From Eledone cirrhosa (taxonomy: Eukaryota): a stretch of DNA of 64,000 nt. The position numbers and the translations under genes were made by a program. Below the pieces are notes generated by a model that worked only from the letters and a program-made list of their open reading frames with translations, did not search any database and was not told the origin of the DNA. Location of the stretch: assembly GCA_964016885.1 (NCBI GenBank), contig OZ024746.1, forward strand, positions 81,220,001 through 81,284,000, read 5' to 3'. This document shows, in pieces, positions 25,545 to 39,700 of the stretch; position 1 is the stretch's first letter; each line of letters opens with the position of its first letter.

Positions 25545-26036
25545 TCGATGTATAACTCTTGAAACATGTGTTTTTTCATAAACATGTGCTTTTTCATAAA
25601 TACACATGAAGGCGAACTAGCCAGTTTTAGAATTCCCTTTTTCGGATTATACTACTGTGAGAGCCCTGGTTTCTGTTGAGCTCTGCTGATGAATGAAATC
25701 CAACCGTGACCATCTCCACTGAAAGTTTTCATGAAATAGTCTTTTAAGACTATACAGAGCATTTGATGTTATTCCAAATTGAAGGATAAGTGTTTCAAAC
25801 TGTATTTTATCATGAGCTAAAGGTCTATAGATTTTTCCCTGGATTTTACTAAATTCTGTGGATGAATTTATATCCTGATTCTCTTTTGTGATGAGTTTGA
25901 GTTATTTTTCCTAAATCTTTCGTTAACTACTTTTCCCATCTTGACGTTATAGTCGCATATATGTTATAGAATGCCGTTAGCTTCTTGCTAAAACAATCTC
26001 TATACCTCTCATTTATATATAATATATATATATAGA

Positions 26037-26093
<57 letters not shown>

Positions 26094-26095
<2 letters not shown>

Positions 26096-26550
26096 CAAAG
26101 AAAGGGTGGTAAGGAACCAGGTGGACCATAACGCACCAGTGTACTCGATACTTAGGGTAGTAGAGTGGGTAATAGGAAAAGAGTCAGGACCCTGACGGCT
26201 GAGCTCCGGCCGTTCGGATATAGCTGTCGAAACGGCCGGAGCTCAGCCGTCGGGGTCCTCACTATTTTCCTATATATATATAACGAAGGAAGTGTGGTAA
26301 GGAACCAGGTGGACCATAACACACCAGAGTGCTCAATACTTAGGGTAGTTGAGTGGGTAATAGGAAAATGTTCAAGACCCCGACGGTAGAGCTCAAGCCG
26401 TTTCGACAGCTAGATCCGAGCTCAGCCGTCGGGGTCCTGACTCTTTTCCTATTACCCACTCTACCGTTTCGACGGCTATTTCTGGAGTCCAGAAATAGCC
26501 GTCGAAACGGCTTGAGCTCTGCCGTCGGGGTCTTGAACATTTTCCTATAT
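26094..26550. mobile_element. (TA)n-embedded module E3: tandem duplicate with nested fold-backs
   Basis: 26094-26215 is repeated directly at 26281-26405; internal inverted repeats at 26172-26273 and 26350-26460, and a 23-bp-arm hairpin at 26464-26510. Confidence 0.8.
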
Positions 26551-26564
26551 ATATATATATATAT

Positions 26565-26668
26565 ACACGGGATAAAGGAAAAAAGTTGAAAATGTTCAAC
26601 TTCTTTTCCTATATATATATATAGGAAAAGAAGTTGAACATTTTCAACTTTTTTCCTTTATCCCGTGT
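26565..26668. repeat. Perfect palindrome centred on (TA)n
   Basis: ACACGGGATAAAGGAAAAAAGTTGAAAATGTTCAACTTCTTTTCC-(TA)n-exact reverse complement. Confidence 0.92.
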
Positions 26669-27049
26669 GGGATATAAAAAACTTATTTCTTTTATATATA
26701 TATATATATATATAACCCACACCTCCTACATTTGTACAAAAGACTACGCACTCATTTCCATGTTTTATAATAATGAAACTTTGCCCTGCTCGAGACTGCA
26801 CATAAAAGGTGACAAATGTGCTAGGCGTGGGAGTTTGTGTCCATAAATAGACCCAGTTATTGAAGCATGCGAAAGGTGTGTACAAAAAATAATTGGAAAC
26901 TTCTAACTACCTGAATATGGCAGGAAGCCTATTGTTCCCACTATTGGTTCGTTATGTACGTATGTACGTACGTATGTATGTATGTATGTATGTATGTATG
27001 TATGTATGTATGTATGTATGTATTATGTACGTATGTATGTATGTATGTA

Positions 27050-28290
27050 TGTTTTCTCTTTCTCTTAATTTTGAGTATATTTTTTGACCGGCCACCTTCC
27101 TGGTGGCAAGGTTGTAAAAGAAAAGAAATTGTCATCCCTTGAATCGCAAGAATGTTTTGCAAATTTTGAAGGTGCCAGCTATCGCAGCCATTTGTAGACT
27201 ATGAATTAGGGAGCTGCGCTTTTTGTCCGCAAATCCAAGTTCAGTCATACTTTGGTCCAAGCGGGTTGGTATATAACCCGTAGCACCAATAATGATGGGT
27301 ATGAAGCTAAAGGTGTATCTTGGATACTGGATTTGTAAACTCCTCATCAATGGTCCGTAGATGTCCTCCTTCTCCTGTATTTTTCTGACAACGTTTACAT
27401 CAAGTGGGCAGCTGATCTCCACAACAGAACACGTTTTCAATGTGTGGTCCCAAACTACAATATCAGGCCGGTTGTGCTTTAATTTGGTGGCAGTTTTTAT
27501 TTTCAGGTTCCACCAGTATTCCTTAGTGCCATCTGTCTCAATATATTCTTCCTCGTTTGTTGTTGATTTTGTTTTCCGAAGTGCGTTCCAGATGGTTCTA
27601 GCTATCCCATCGTGTCTCATGGGGAGGTAGTAGCGAGATGACATTCTTTCGCAGCTGGCAACAATGTGGCTTACATCCTCGATCTTTGTTTTACATAGCC
27701 TACATTTATTGTCAGCTGCTGGCCCTCCTCTTTTGTGCAGCAGATATTTGGTAGGGAGTTCTTGTTCCTGTATTGCATAGAGATATCCCTCAAGGTGTGA
27801 TGTCATAAACTTGTCGGAACTCCATGCCAGGCTTTTTGAGTGGTTTATCCCCTCTATGGTCTGTGTTTTACGCCTCAAGTATCCATGCACAACTTTTTCT
27901 GTAAATTGGTCAATTTTTTTTTCTTGTTTGAACATTGAATAGGATCTTCCGATTTCTCTGGGTGAGAGATTTATATCGGGCTTTATTCCATATCTCTCCT
28001 CCAGATCAGTCGCTATTCTAATGATATTTCTTTTTTCATGGTCATAAACCTGGGCAAGATGGTTGCCAACCTTTTTCCTCTGTTGAAGGTGTTGCTTCAG
28101 TGTCACTATCCGGGTCTCATATGTTGTTAATATTGATTTTAGACCCCGGCCACCTTCCTTGCGTGAGAAGTATAGCCTATCCACATCACCATTGATGTTA
28201 AAGTTCCCAGTAACACTGAGAAGTTTTCGAGTTCTAACATCCATCTCACTTAGTTCTTGCAATGACCAGTTCAGTAGGCCAAATGTTGGC
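27050..28290 (-). mobile_element. 5'-truncated R4/Dong-clade non-LTR retrotransposon inserted in (CATA)n
   Basis: Uninterrupted ORF end plus ~80 nt 3' UTR with hairpin GCCACC-AGGAA-GGTGGC; (TATG)n tracts abut both ends (26955-27050, 28291-28597). Confidence 0.9.
27132..28290 (-). CDS. C-terminal part of a retrotransposon ORF: RT thumb region, CCHC knuckle, restriction-like endonuclease
   Basis: RLYFSRKEGGRGL; CRLC-x7-H-x4-C; RHD; RPDIV..VEISCP..EKEDIY; IPIIIGATG. The N-terminal HTYI repeats of the listed ORF are only microsatellite. Confidence 0.9.
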
Positions 28291-28596
28291 GTATGTATGT
28301 ATGTATGTATGTATGTATGTATGTATGTATGTATGTATGTATGTATGTATGTATGTATGTATGTATGTATGTATGTATGCATGTATGTATGTATGTATGC
28401 ACGTATGTATGTATGTATGTATGTATGTATGTATGTATGCACGTATGTATGTATGTATGTATACGTATTATGTACGTATGTACGTATGTATGTATGTATG
28501 TATGTATGTATGTATGTATGTATGTATGTATGTATGTATCTATGTACGTATTATGTACGTATGTACGTATGTATGTATGTATGCTTGTATGTATAT

Positions 28597-29206
28597 GTCA
28601 GGTCACCAGTTGGTGCTACTGGTAACATGTATCCTAGTACAACCTGTCTCATGGTCGGGTCGTTGGCGACTAAACTGGCAACCCCACCAAGGTTTCTTGG
28701 TGAGGAGGGTGACTTTGGACATCCTGCAGGACTAAAAACAAAACCTGTCAAAGGGCAAAGGAGCTCTTAAGAGTCAATGGCCATCCAATATCATCGAGAG
28801 AGATGACCACTTAGCCTTTGTCAAGGCAGAATTCTAGGAGAAGGAAAACTCTGATATAACACCTGCAACCCTGATGGTATCCAATGATGTTGACTTGTTC
28901 TTTTTTTTGGTAAATATCATCTTGGTCAAGAGAGTGGGACTGGCTTTTTGCAGTGCCTTTGCTCACTATAAAAGCTTCACGGCACAGGCATTGCTTTATA
29001 TCTAGAGATCTCTCTGCACTTGTCGTCACAGGGTACCATGGGCCCAGCACTATGTGTCAATAATTGTCACAAGTGTAGTGTTTGTATCAGAGTTTTCAAG
29101 TCGCTAGCCGGACTAAAAAGTCACACTCGTTCAGCGCATCGGTAGGGGTTCTCCTACATGGATATAAAGTAGTGACTGTACTCGAAAACGAGTTGGCAGC
29201 CATCAT
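28597..29206 (+). mobile_element. Non-autonomous RTE-derived element, copy 2
   Basis: Collinear with 6174-6783; finger HKCSVCIRVFKSLAGLKSHTRSAHR*; embedded in (TATG)n. Confidence 0.8.
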
Positions 29207-29350
29207 GTATGTATGAATGTATATATATGTATGTGTGTATGCATATATATGTATGTATGTATGTATGTTTATATGTATGCATGTATGTATGTAGGTATGT
29301 ATGTGTGTATGTGTGTATGTTCATATGTATGTATGTATGTGTATGAATGC

Positions 29351-29383
<33 letters not shown>

Positions 29384-29765
29384 TGTATGTATGTATGTAT
29401 GTATGTATGTATGTATATATATATGTGTATGTATGTATATATATGTATATGTATGTATATGTATGTATTTGTACATGTACATATATATGTGTATGTATGT
29501 ATATATGTATGTGTATGTATGTGTGTATGTATATATGTATGTATGTATTTGTGTATGTATGCATGTATTTATGTATTATGTAGATGTATAACTGTGGGTG
29601 TGGGTTGTTTGATATGTGACAGAAGTTAATGTGTGAGGGTGGGTGGGTGGGTGGGTAAATGGGGAGCGGTCCATCCTTAAGACTTTCCGTGTAGACAGCT
29701 TGTCTATATATATAAAGTAAGAATATTTTCGAAACAGCGAGTTGGTTTGAAATTATTAAAAATGT

Positions 29766-29872
29766 AAGCTATCGCCGTATTTTGACTAAAGAAATGAAAG
29801 AAATTATTTAGCCTGATAGTGGGGTTAAGAACCCTCGGAGAAATGGAAAAAGATGAGTATCGACGTTTCATA
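29766..29872 (+). mobile_element. Fragment of the element forming the 9561-9921 palindrome
   Basis: AGCTATCGCCGTATTTTGACTAAAG...TTAGCCTGATAGTGGGGTTAAGAACCCTCGGAGAAATGGAAAAGATGAGTATCGACGT matches 9567-9657. Confidence 0.75.
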
Positions 29873-30120
29873 TATATATGAAAACAGGGAGAAAGAGACG
29901 ATTATTAGGAAGAAAAATATTTTTTCCCCCCTTTTTTATTTCTCTCTCTCTTTTTTCTGTGTTAGAAAATGATTAAAACGAAATGTTTTACTTTGTGTAA
30001 AGTGTTAAGGTATTAGTTGATTTATTTATTATTTAACAATGGCATTTATTTATCTATTTATATATTTAATAATTGTCTATTACCGGTTTCGGCATTTTTA
30101 TGCATTATCAAATGATAGTG

Positions 30121-30203
<83 letters not shown>

Positions 30204-30438
30204 TGGCAAAGGGTAACCTGGAAAGCAGGGCATGCAGTCCAATCGCTATGGCGGAAAGTGGGGCTGTGCAGCCTTACTATGAGCTCTCTAAATGACCCTC
30301 CCGGACAAAGCCGCATGTAGTGTTATCTAGTGTGTGTTATCTTTTTATGTTTCTACGATTTAGCAAGCAGCCAAAATTCTGCTTGCTTCAACCGACGCTG
30401 TCGTGTGTTTGTGTGTATGTGTCGGGGTCCTACTCGTT

Positions 30439-30482
<44 letters not shown>

Positions 30483-30492
30483 TATATATATA

Positions 30493-30680
30493 AAATTGTT
30501 TCTACTTTTGGCACAAGTCCTACAATTATCCCAGTGCATTACTGGTACTTTATTTTATCGACCCCATAAGGATCAAAGGCAAAGTTAACCTCGACGGGAT
30601 TTGAACTCAGAATGGAAAGGGTCGTAACTCTATGCGTCAAAGCATGGCGTCTGACCCTCTAACGATATTGCCAATCCATA
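30493..30680 (-). mobile_element. SINE type A
   Basis: Reverse-complement head and core. Confidence 0.85.
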
Positions 30681-30999
30681 GCTTTTTGTGTTTGTTTGTT
30701 TTTCTTGCAAGTTACGGATTGTTGTTGTTTGTAAGGAGTGGTGAGTGTAAGTACACACTCACACGTACAGATGTACGCACATACAATTAAGATGTAATGA
30801 AGAAGTTTAATAGATCAAATTGCTGGTACATCCTTGCATATTCTGGTGCATACAGGCCAACAAGGCAACTACATCGTTATTGTTGGCGAGCATTTGAGCA
30901 AAGTGCCACCGAAAAGCTGTTATACGTATCTGTTTCGTATTGACTAGCACGCGATCTTTTCAGTCTGTCAAATACCAAATTGGGACTTTGTTACGAGTT

Positions 31000-31900
31000 T
31001 GCGCCTCTGCCAACTGGTTCCATCAAATGGTTTACATTCAGTGTTATAGAGTACTTGCTTTAGTTTTGACAATGCAGTGAAAAAAATAGTCGATGGCCAA
31101 CCTTCCCGCAAATGCGTCCATTGTGATACTTTTTTCTAATTTACTTACTAGTCCCTCTCTAAACTACTTTTCTCTGTCGCAGTTCTTAGTTGAAAGCCAT
31201 CGATTCTTCTCTAATCATTCTCTTCGGAGAACCACATCAAATGCTGCCTAACTAATTCGTTAATCCAGTCACCATAGATTCTGCTTCCACTAAATGTAAA
31301 TGGGTCCTTGTCTATAGGTCCTAATCTAAGTTAACTGTGCAGATCACAAATTTGTGGTCCGTGTGGCAGACTAGTTGGAATATTGAACTCCGTACCCCAT
31401 TCTTGTCCACTAACCTCACAAATATTATATCCTCATGACCTTATAGATCTCATGTCTTTGCTCATTCAGGAAATCCAAATAGTATGTGCTAAGCAATTGG
31501 AAACCACTGAACAGGTTTGCGCGGCAAATACAGCTCTTCTCATATGGGATAACACCACACAATCCTAGCGTGCGTCTAATATGCAGATTCATCTCCCATG
31601 AGTAATAAATATTGGGATATTTCTAAGAAAACCTCTTAACGTCTAAAGGAGTCTGACTCCCTCCTTCGGTTGGAGTATAGATGACTATTAGCCTGAAGGC
31701 ACTGTCTTTGCTGCCGTTAGAGTCTCGCACCGTTGACTTTCCACTCTGAATCAAGAAGATCGTTTGTATTCAGAGATCTAAGCCTTTCCAAAACAGCACG
31801 GTAACCCCACCGCCGATCCTAACAGGCTATAAGATGCGTACCTTTCGTAATCATAAAAAATTATTGTCCCGCATTTAGCTACCATATCTATGTCTGGTAA
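31000..31900 (-). pseudogene. Possible decayed LINE (APE endonuclease-like region)
   Basis: Non-repetitive block with weak peptide resemblance on the minus strand (MGDE.., KRHEIYK); many stops. Confidence 0.25.
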
Positions 31901-32121
31901 CCAGAGGTCTTTGAATAAGGTTTTTTTTTTTTTTTGTTTCTATGTCAAACCCAAGCATCTTTCTGTAAGTAATACTATGTTTTACTCAGAGAAATGAAAA
32001 CGAGAGTGTGGTGGTGGTGTTGAATCAGATAGAAAAGGTGAATGTGCGAGTATGTTCATGTTTTTTGTGTGCTTTGGCATGCTGTGGTTGTTAGTGATGC
32101 CGGGTGTAATGTTGACGCTGT

Positions 32122-32415
32122 GAAAGCGCGTGGATTTGTGGTAAAGGTGTTCGGGTCATGATCGTAAGGTCGTGAGTTCGATTCTTCGTGGCTCGTTGTG
32201 GTCGTGAATATGACACATTATTTTACATTGCTTTAGTCAACTTAGCTGGCAAAAATGAGTTGTACCTGTAATTCAAAGGTCAGCCAAGTCTCACACTCTA
32301 AAATTATCTGAGAACTGCGTTAAAAGTACACGTGTTTGTGGAGTGTTCAGCCAGTCGCACGTTTAGGTAATCCCGTTGATCAAACACTGGAACCGTTGAA
32401 ACCGACGAAGGTCCA
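32122..32415 (+). mobile_element. SINE type B (CORE-like)
   Basis: GTGGTAAAGGTGTTCG..GAGTTCGATTC head; ACTTAGCTGGCAAAAATGAGTTGTACCTGTAAT. Confidence 0.7.
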
Positions 32416-32689
32416 ACAATTGTTGGTGATTCATAAAAACAGAAATTGATTTACGGAACGGGGATTTTTTTAAAGTTTAATCAGAGGAGGAGGGACAGTG
32501 CTTGTAATTCTTTTTAGGGGCTCCGAAACTAATGGGAGGGAGGGAGGGAGGGAGGGAGGGGGAGTTGGGCATCGTGAAACTGATGACCTTATCCGAATGT
32601 CTACAACAGAGAGAACTTCGTTGATAGCACGCAAGTGTCAAGCGGTAGAATTAAGCCGGGAGACAGATTAAGTTTAGCATCCTAATCTC

Positions 32690-32892
32690 AGAACTAGGTT
32701 TGAAATTTAGTGGGACATGAGAAGGGGTTAGTTGATTAAATCGACGTCTGTACCTCATTGGTACTTTATTTTATTGACCTCTGAAGAATGAAAGGCCAAG
32801 TCGACCAAGATGGGATTTGAACTCAGAACATAATGAACCGAATCTAATAAGTTAATACATTTGATTCGACTCTCTAACAATCAATCGCTCCT
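32690..32892 (-). mobile_element. SINE type A, diverged
   Basis: Core and B box on the minus strand. Confidence 0.7.
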
Positions 32893-32909
32893 CATGAAGT
32901 TAATATAAA

Positions 32910-33516
32910 TGATGACGATGACGACGATGGTGGTGGTGATGGTGGTGGTGGTGGTGGTGGTGGTGAATATGGTGGTGGTGGTGGAGTGGTAAAAGTGGTG
33001 GTTTTGGTGGTTGAGGTGGTTGTGGTGGTTTTGATGGTGGTGGCGGTGATGGTGGTATTGGTAGTGAAGGTGGCGGTGGTAAAGGTGATAGTAGTGGTGG
33101 AAGTGGTGGCTTTGGTGGTGGTGATGGTATTGCTGGTGATGGTGGTTATGGTAGTGGTGGTGATGGTAATAATGGTGGTGGTAATTGTGTTTGTGGTGGT
33201 GGTGATGGTAGTGGTGGTAGTGGTAATGGAAGTGGTGACGATCATGATAAATAATTTGGATGTGTTCATAACTTCCTGTATTTGAATAGGTTCGGAATGA
33301 AAAAACGCGAATGAACTAATAAATGAATGAAGAACTGAAACAAATGAACGAATGGAGGAATAAAAGAATGAAATAACGAACAAAACGAACGAACAAACGA
33401 TTGAATGAATAAACGAATGAATGAATATTCATAATGATTGACTGGAAACCAGCCAGCGAAGCCGAGGTAGCAGAGGCCCAATCTAGGTAGAACAGGAGGG
33501 GTGAGAGAGAGTAAGG

Positions 33517-33603
<87 letters not shown>

Positions 33604-34741
33604 TGGGGTGAGAGAAAGGGGGGAGGGACTTACATGTTCAATGACTAATTCATTTCGTTAAATTAGCATGAGTGTTCAACCAGCGTCAAAGGCTGGTGGT
33701 GGTGGATTGTGGCGGTGGATTGTGGCGGCGGTGGTGGTGATGGTGGATTGTGGTGGCGGTGGTGGTAGTAGTGGTGGTGGTGGATTGTGGTGGTGGTGAT
33801 GATGGTGGTGGTGGTGGCGGTGGATTGTGGCGGCGGTGGTGGTGATGGTGGATTGTGTTGGTGGCGGTGATAGTGGTGGTGGTGGTGGTGGTGGTGGATT
33901 GTGGTGGATTGTGGCGGTGGTGGTGGTGGTGATGGTGGATGGTGGTGGTGGTAGTAGTGGTGGTGGTGATGATGGTGGTGGTGGTGGATTGTAGTGGTGG
34001 TGATGATGGTGGTGGTGGTGGTGGATTGTAGTGGTGGTGATGATGGTGGTGGTGGTGGTGGTAGTAGTGGTGGTGGTGATGATGGTGGTGGTGGTGGATT
34101 GTAGTGGTGGTGATGATGGTGGTGGTGGTGGTGGATTGTAGTGGTGGTGATGATGGTGGTGGTGGTGGTGGTAGTAGTGGTGGTGGTGATGATGGTGGTG
34201 GTGGTGGATTGTAGTGGCGGTGATGATGGTGGTGGTGGTGGTGGATTGTAGTGGTGGTGATGATGGTGGTGGTGGTGGTGGATTGTAGTGGTGGTGATGG
34301 TGGTGGTGGTGGTGGTGGTGGTGGTAGATTGTGGTAGTGGTGGTGGTGATGTTGATGGTGATGGTGATGGTGATGGTGGTGGTGGTGGTGGATTGTGGTG
34401 GTGGTGGTGGTGGTGGATTGTGGTGGTGGTGGTGGTGGTAATAGCAATGGTAGTGGTAGTAGTGGTGATATTGTGTTCGTGTGGTGATGGTGGTGATGGT
34501 GTTGTTCGTGGGAGCAGTGGTTATAATAACAATGGTAGTGGTGGTAGTGGTCATATAGTGGTTGTGGTGGTAATAGCAGTGGTAGTGGTGGTAGTCGTCA
34601 TATGATGGAGGTGGTGGTGGTGGTAGTGATGGTAGTGGTAAGGATGTTGATGGTGTTGATGGCAGTGGTAGTATTGGTGGTGGTGGTAATAGCAATGGTA
34701 GTGGTGGTAGTGATGTTAGTACTAGTAGTAGTAGTAGTAGC

Positions 34742-34794
<53 letters not shown>

Positions 34795-36527
34795 CGGCAG
34801 CAGCAGCAGCAGTAGTAGTAGTAACAGTAGTATTGGTGGTAGTGATGGTGGTGGTGGTTGTGAAGTTACTGAGGGGACTAGAGATTACAACATCGATAAA
34901 GAAGGTGTGATGGAGACGGATGTGGTGGTGATGGAGGTGGTGGTGGTGGTGGTGGTGGTGGTGGTTATGTCGATGGTGATGAAGTTGGTGGTGGTGGAGG
35001 TGGTGGTAGTGGTGGTAGTGATGGTGTTGGTAATAGTGGTGGTGGTGGTAGTGGTGGTGATTATGTCGATGGTGATGAAGTTGGTGGTGTTGGTGGTAGT
35101 GCTGGGGATGGTGGTGGTGGTGCAGGTGGTGGTGGTGGTGGTGGTGGTAGTGGTGGTAGTGGTGATGATTATGTCGATGGTGATGAAGTTGGTGGTGGTA
35201 GTGGTAGTGCTGGTGCTGGTAGTGGTAGTGGTGGTGGTTGTGTCGTTGGTGATGAATTTTGTGGTGTTGGTGGTAGTGCTGGTGATGGTGGTGGTTATGG
35301 GGGTGATGGTAGTGCTGGTGATGGAGGTGGTAGTGGTAGTGGTGGTGTTGGTGGTAGTGGTGGTGGTGGTAAATGATGGTAGATGATGGTAAAGTTGGTG
35401 GTGTTGATGAATAAAAGTAGTTGTTGTTCTTCTTTAACCCTAGGTCAGCTCTGATCAAGCAAACGAATGATCAAAGGCATTCAAGTCGTCGCCAGTCTGA
35501 CATTTCCTGTGTGGTGGGAACCCAGGATCACACAATCCAGCGTTTCCAATTATAAGATGGAAGAATATGATTTGAGGGACATTTGACTACTATTTCTAGC
35601 AGCTTGAATTGCCAAGTAGAGGTCCTCTTGTTGCCTTGTGAGTGATTAGGAGGGAGAAGATGTAAAGGTGACAATAGTTGTTGGAGTGTTTGCAAATATC
35701 ATGGTGGTGGTGGTGGTGGTGGGCATGGGGGGGAGGGGGTGATGGTCGTTGTCATCATTGCTGTCGTGGGAGTGCGTGCTGACGACAACAGAAAGAAGAC
35801 TTTCCGATAGCAATCTGTATTCATATTCCATACTACCACCACCACCACTACCACCGCCACCAACAGCAACAACAACACCAAGATCACCAACATCAACACC
35901 ACCACCACCACCACCACTACTACTACCACCACCACTACCACCAACACCACCACTACCACCAACACCAACATCACCAACATCACCACCACCACCACTACTA
36001 CTACCATCACCACCACCTACACCACCACCACCACCAACACACCACCATCAACATCACCAACATCAACACGACCACCACCACCACCACCACCACCACCACC
36101 AACAACAACAACACCAACATCACCAACATCAACACCACCACCACCACCACTACTACTACCACCACCACTACCACCAACACCACCACTACCACCAACACCA
36201 ACATCACCAACATCACCACCACCACTACTACTACCATCACCACCACCAACACCACCACTACCACCAACATAACCACCACCACCACCACCACCACCACTAC
36301 TACTACTACCACCACCACCACCACCAACACACCACCATCAACATCACCAACATCAACACGACCACCACCACCACCACCACCATCACCACCACAATCATCA
36401 TCATCATTATCACCACCACCACACCAACACCACCACCATCACCACCACTATCATCATCGCCATTACCACCATACCATTACCACCACCACCACGACAAAAA
36501 CAACAACAACAACAACAACAACAACAA
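32910..36527. repeat. Large (GGT/GAT/GTA)n and (CAC/CAA)n low-complexity region with a (GA)n tract and short unique spacers
   Basis: Seen directly; includes sub-repeats such as GGTGGATTGTAGTGGTGGTGATGAT. Confidence 0.85.
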
Positions 36528-36715
36528 TTCTGATTTCTATATTAGACATAAGGTCAGTAATTCTAGGGGAGGAGAAAGTCGATCAAATCGACACCAAACT
36601 TTACTGTTACTTTATTTTATCGATCTCGGAAGAATGAAAAGTAAAAGCTGACCTCAGCGAGATTTGAACTCGGCGTTTTGTCCGACGCCCTAACTATCCC
36701 GCCAATCCACCACCT
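36528..36715 (-). mobile_element. SINE type A
   Basis: Core, B box and CCGCCAATCCACCACC head on the minus strand. Confidence 0.75.
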
Positions 36716-36779
36716 TAAACTACCACCAACACCACCATCGCCACTAATACCATCACCACCACTAATACCTCCTCTACAA

Positions 36780-39700
36780 CCATAACTACTATTAACCCTA
36801 CAAACATACCATCACCACCACCACCACCACCATCATCATCACCACTAATACCACCACCACTAATACCATCACCACCAATACCACCACTACAACCACAACC
36901 ACTACTAACCATACAAACATACCATCACAACCTTCTACCACCACCAGTACTATGACCATCGCTACTATCTCCACAACCACTACTAACCTTACAAACATAC
37001 CATCACAACCTTCTACCACCACCACTACTATGACCATCACTACTATCTCCACAACCACTACTAACCTTACAAACATACCATCACAACCTTCTACCACCAC
37101 CAGTACTATGACATCGCTACTATCTCCACAACCACTACTAACCTTACAAACATACCATCACAACCTTCTACCACCACCAGTACTATGACATCGCTACTAT
37201 CTCCACAACCACTACTAACCTTACAAACATACCATCACAACCTTCTACCACCACCAGTACTATGACCATCGCTACTATCTCCACAACCACTACTAACCTT
37301 ACAAACATACCATCACAACCTTCTACCACCACCACTACTATGACCATCGCTACTATCTCCACAACCACTACTAACCATACAAACATACCATCACAACCTT
37401 CTACCACCACCAGTACTATGACATCGCTACTATCTCCACAACCACTACTAACCTTACAAACATACCATCACAACCTTCTACCACTACCAGTACTATGACA
37501 TCGCTACTATCTCCACAACCACTACTAACCTTACAAACATACCATCACAACCTTCTACCACCACCAGTACTATGACCATCGCTACTATCTCCACAACCAC
37601 TACTAACCATACAAACATACCATCACAACCTTCTACCACCACCACTACTATGACCATCACTACTATCTCCACAACCACTACTAACCATACAAACATACCA
37701 TCACAACCTTCTACCACCACCACTACTATGACCATCACTACTATCTCCACAACCACTACTAACCTTACAAACATACCATCACAACCTTCTACCACCACCA
37801 GTACTATGACCATCGCTACTATCTCCACAACCACTACTAACCTTACAAACATACCATCACTACCTTCTACCAGTACCACTACTATGACCATCGCTACTAT
37901 CTCCACAACCACTACTAACCATACAAACATACCATCACTACCTTCTACCAGTACCACTACTATGACCATCGCTACTATCTCCACAACCACTACTAACCTT
38001 ACAAACATACCATCACAACCTTCTACCACCACCACTACTATGACCATCGCTACTATCTCCACAACCACTACTAACCTTACAAACATACCATCACTACCTT
38101 CTACCAGTACCACTACTATGACCATCGCTACTATCTCCACAACCACTACTAACCTTACAAACATACCATCACAACCTTCTACCACCACCAGTACTATGAC
38201 CATCGCTACTATCTCCACAACCACTACTAACCATACAAACATACCATCACAACCTTCTACCACTACCAGTACTATGACCATCGCTACTATCTCCACAACC
38301 ACTACTAACCATACAAACATACCATCACTACCTTCTACCACCACCACTACTATGACCATCGCTACTATCTCCACAACCACTACTAACCATACAAACATAC
38401 CATCACAACCTTCTACCACTACCAGTACTATGACCATCGCTACTATCTCCACAACCACTACTAATCATACAAACATACCATCACTACCTTCTACCACCAC
38501 CAGTACTATGACCATCGCTACTATCTCCACAACCACTACTAACATTACAAACATACCATCACAACCTTCTACCACCACCAGTACTATGACCATCGCTACT
38601 ATCTCCACAACCACTACTAACCTTACAAACATACCATCACAACCTTCTACCACCACCACTACTATGACCATCGCTACTATCTCCACAACCACTACTAACC
38701 ATACAAACATACCATCACAACCTTCTACCACTACCAGTACTATGACCATCGCTAGTATCTCCACAACCACTACTAACCATACAAACATACCATCACAACC
38801 TTCTACCACCACCAGTACTATGACCATCGCTACTATCTCCACAACCACTACTAACATTACAAACATACCATCACAACCTTCTACCACCACCAGTACTATG
38901 ACCATCGCTACTATCTCCACAACCACTACTAACCTTACAAACATACCATCACAACCTTCTACCACCACCAGTACTATGACCATCGCTACTATCTCCACAA
39001 CCACTACTAACCATACAAACATACCATCACAACCTTCTACCACCACCACTACTATGACCATCGCTACTATCTCCACAACCACTACTAACCATACAAACAT
39101 ACCATCACTACCTTCTACCACCACCAGTACTATGAACATCGCTACTATCTCCACAACCACTACTAACCATACAAACATACCATCACAACCTTCTACCACC
39201 ACCACTACTATGACCATCGCTACTATCTCCACAACCACTACTAACCATACAAACATACCATCACTACCTTCTACCACCACCACTACTATGACCATCGCTA
39301 CTATCTCCACAACCACTACTAACCATACAAACATACCATCACAACCTTCTACCACCACCAGTACTATGACCATCGCTACTATCTCCACAACCACTACTAA
39401 CCTTACAAACATACCATCACAACCTTCTACCACCACCACTACTATGACCATCGCTACTATCTCCACAACCACTACTAACCATACAAACATACCATCACAA
39501 CCTTCTACCACCACCACTACTATGACCATCGCTACTATCTCCACAACCACTACTAACCATACAAACATACCATCACAACCTTCTACCACCACCACTACTA
39601 TGACCATCGCTACTATCTCCACAACCACTACTAACCATACAAACATACCATCACTACCTTCTACCACCACCACTACTATGACCATCGCTACTATCTCCAC

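Noticed and set aside
28291-28442. N-terminus of the 436-aa ORF
   Set aside because: (CATA)n read-through; the element is 5'-truncated at about 28290
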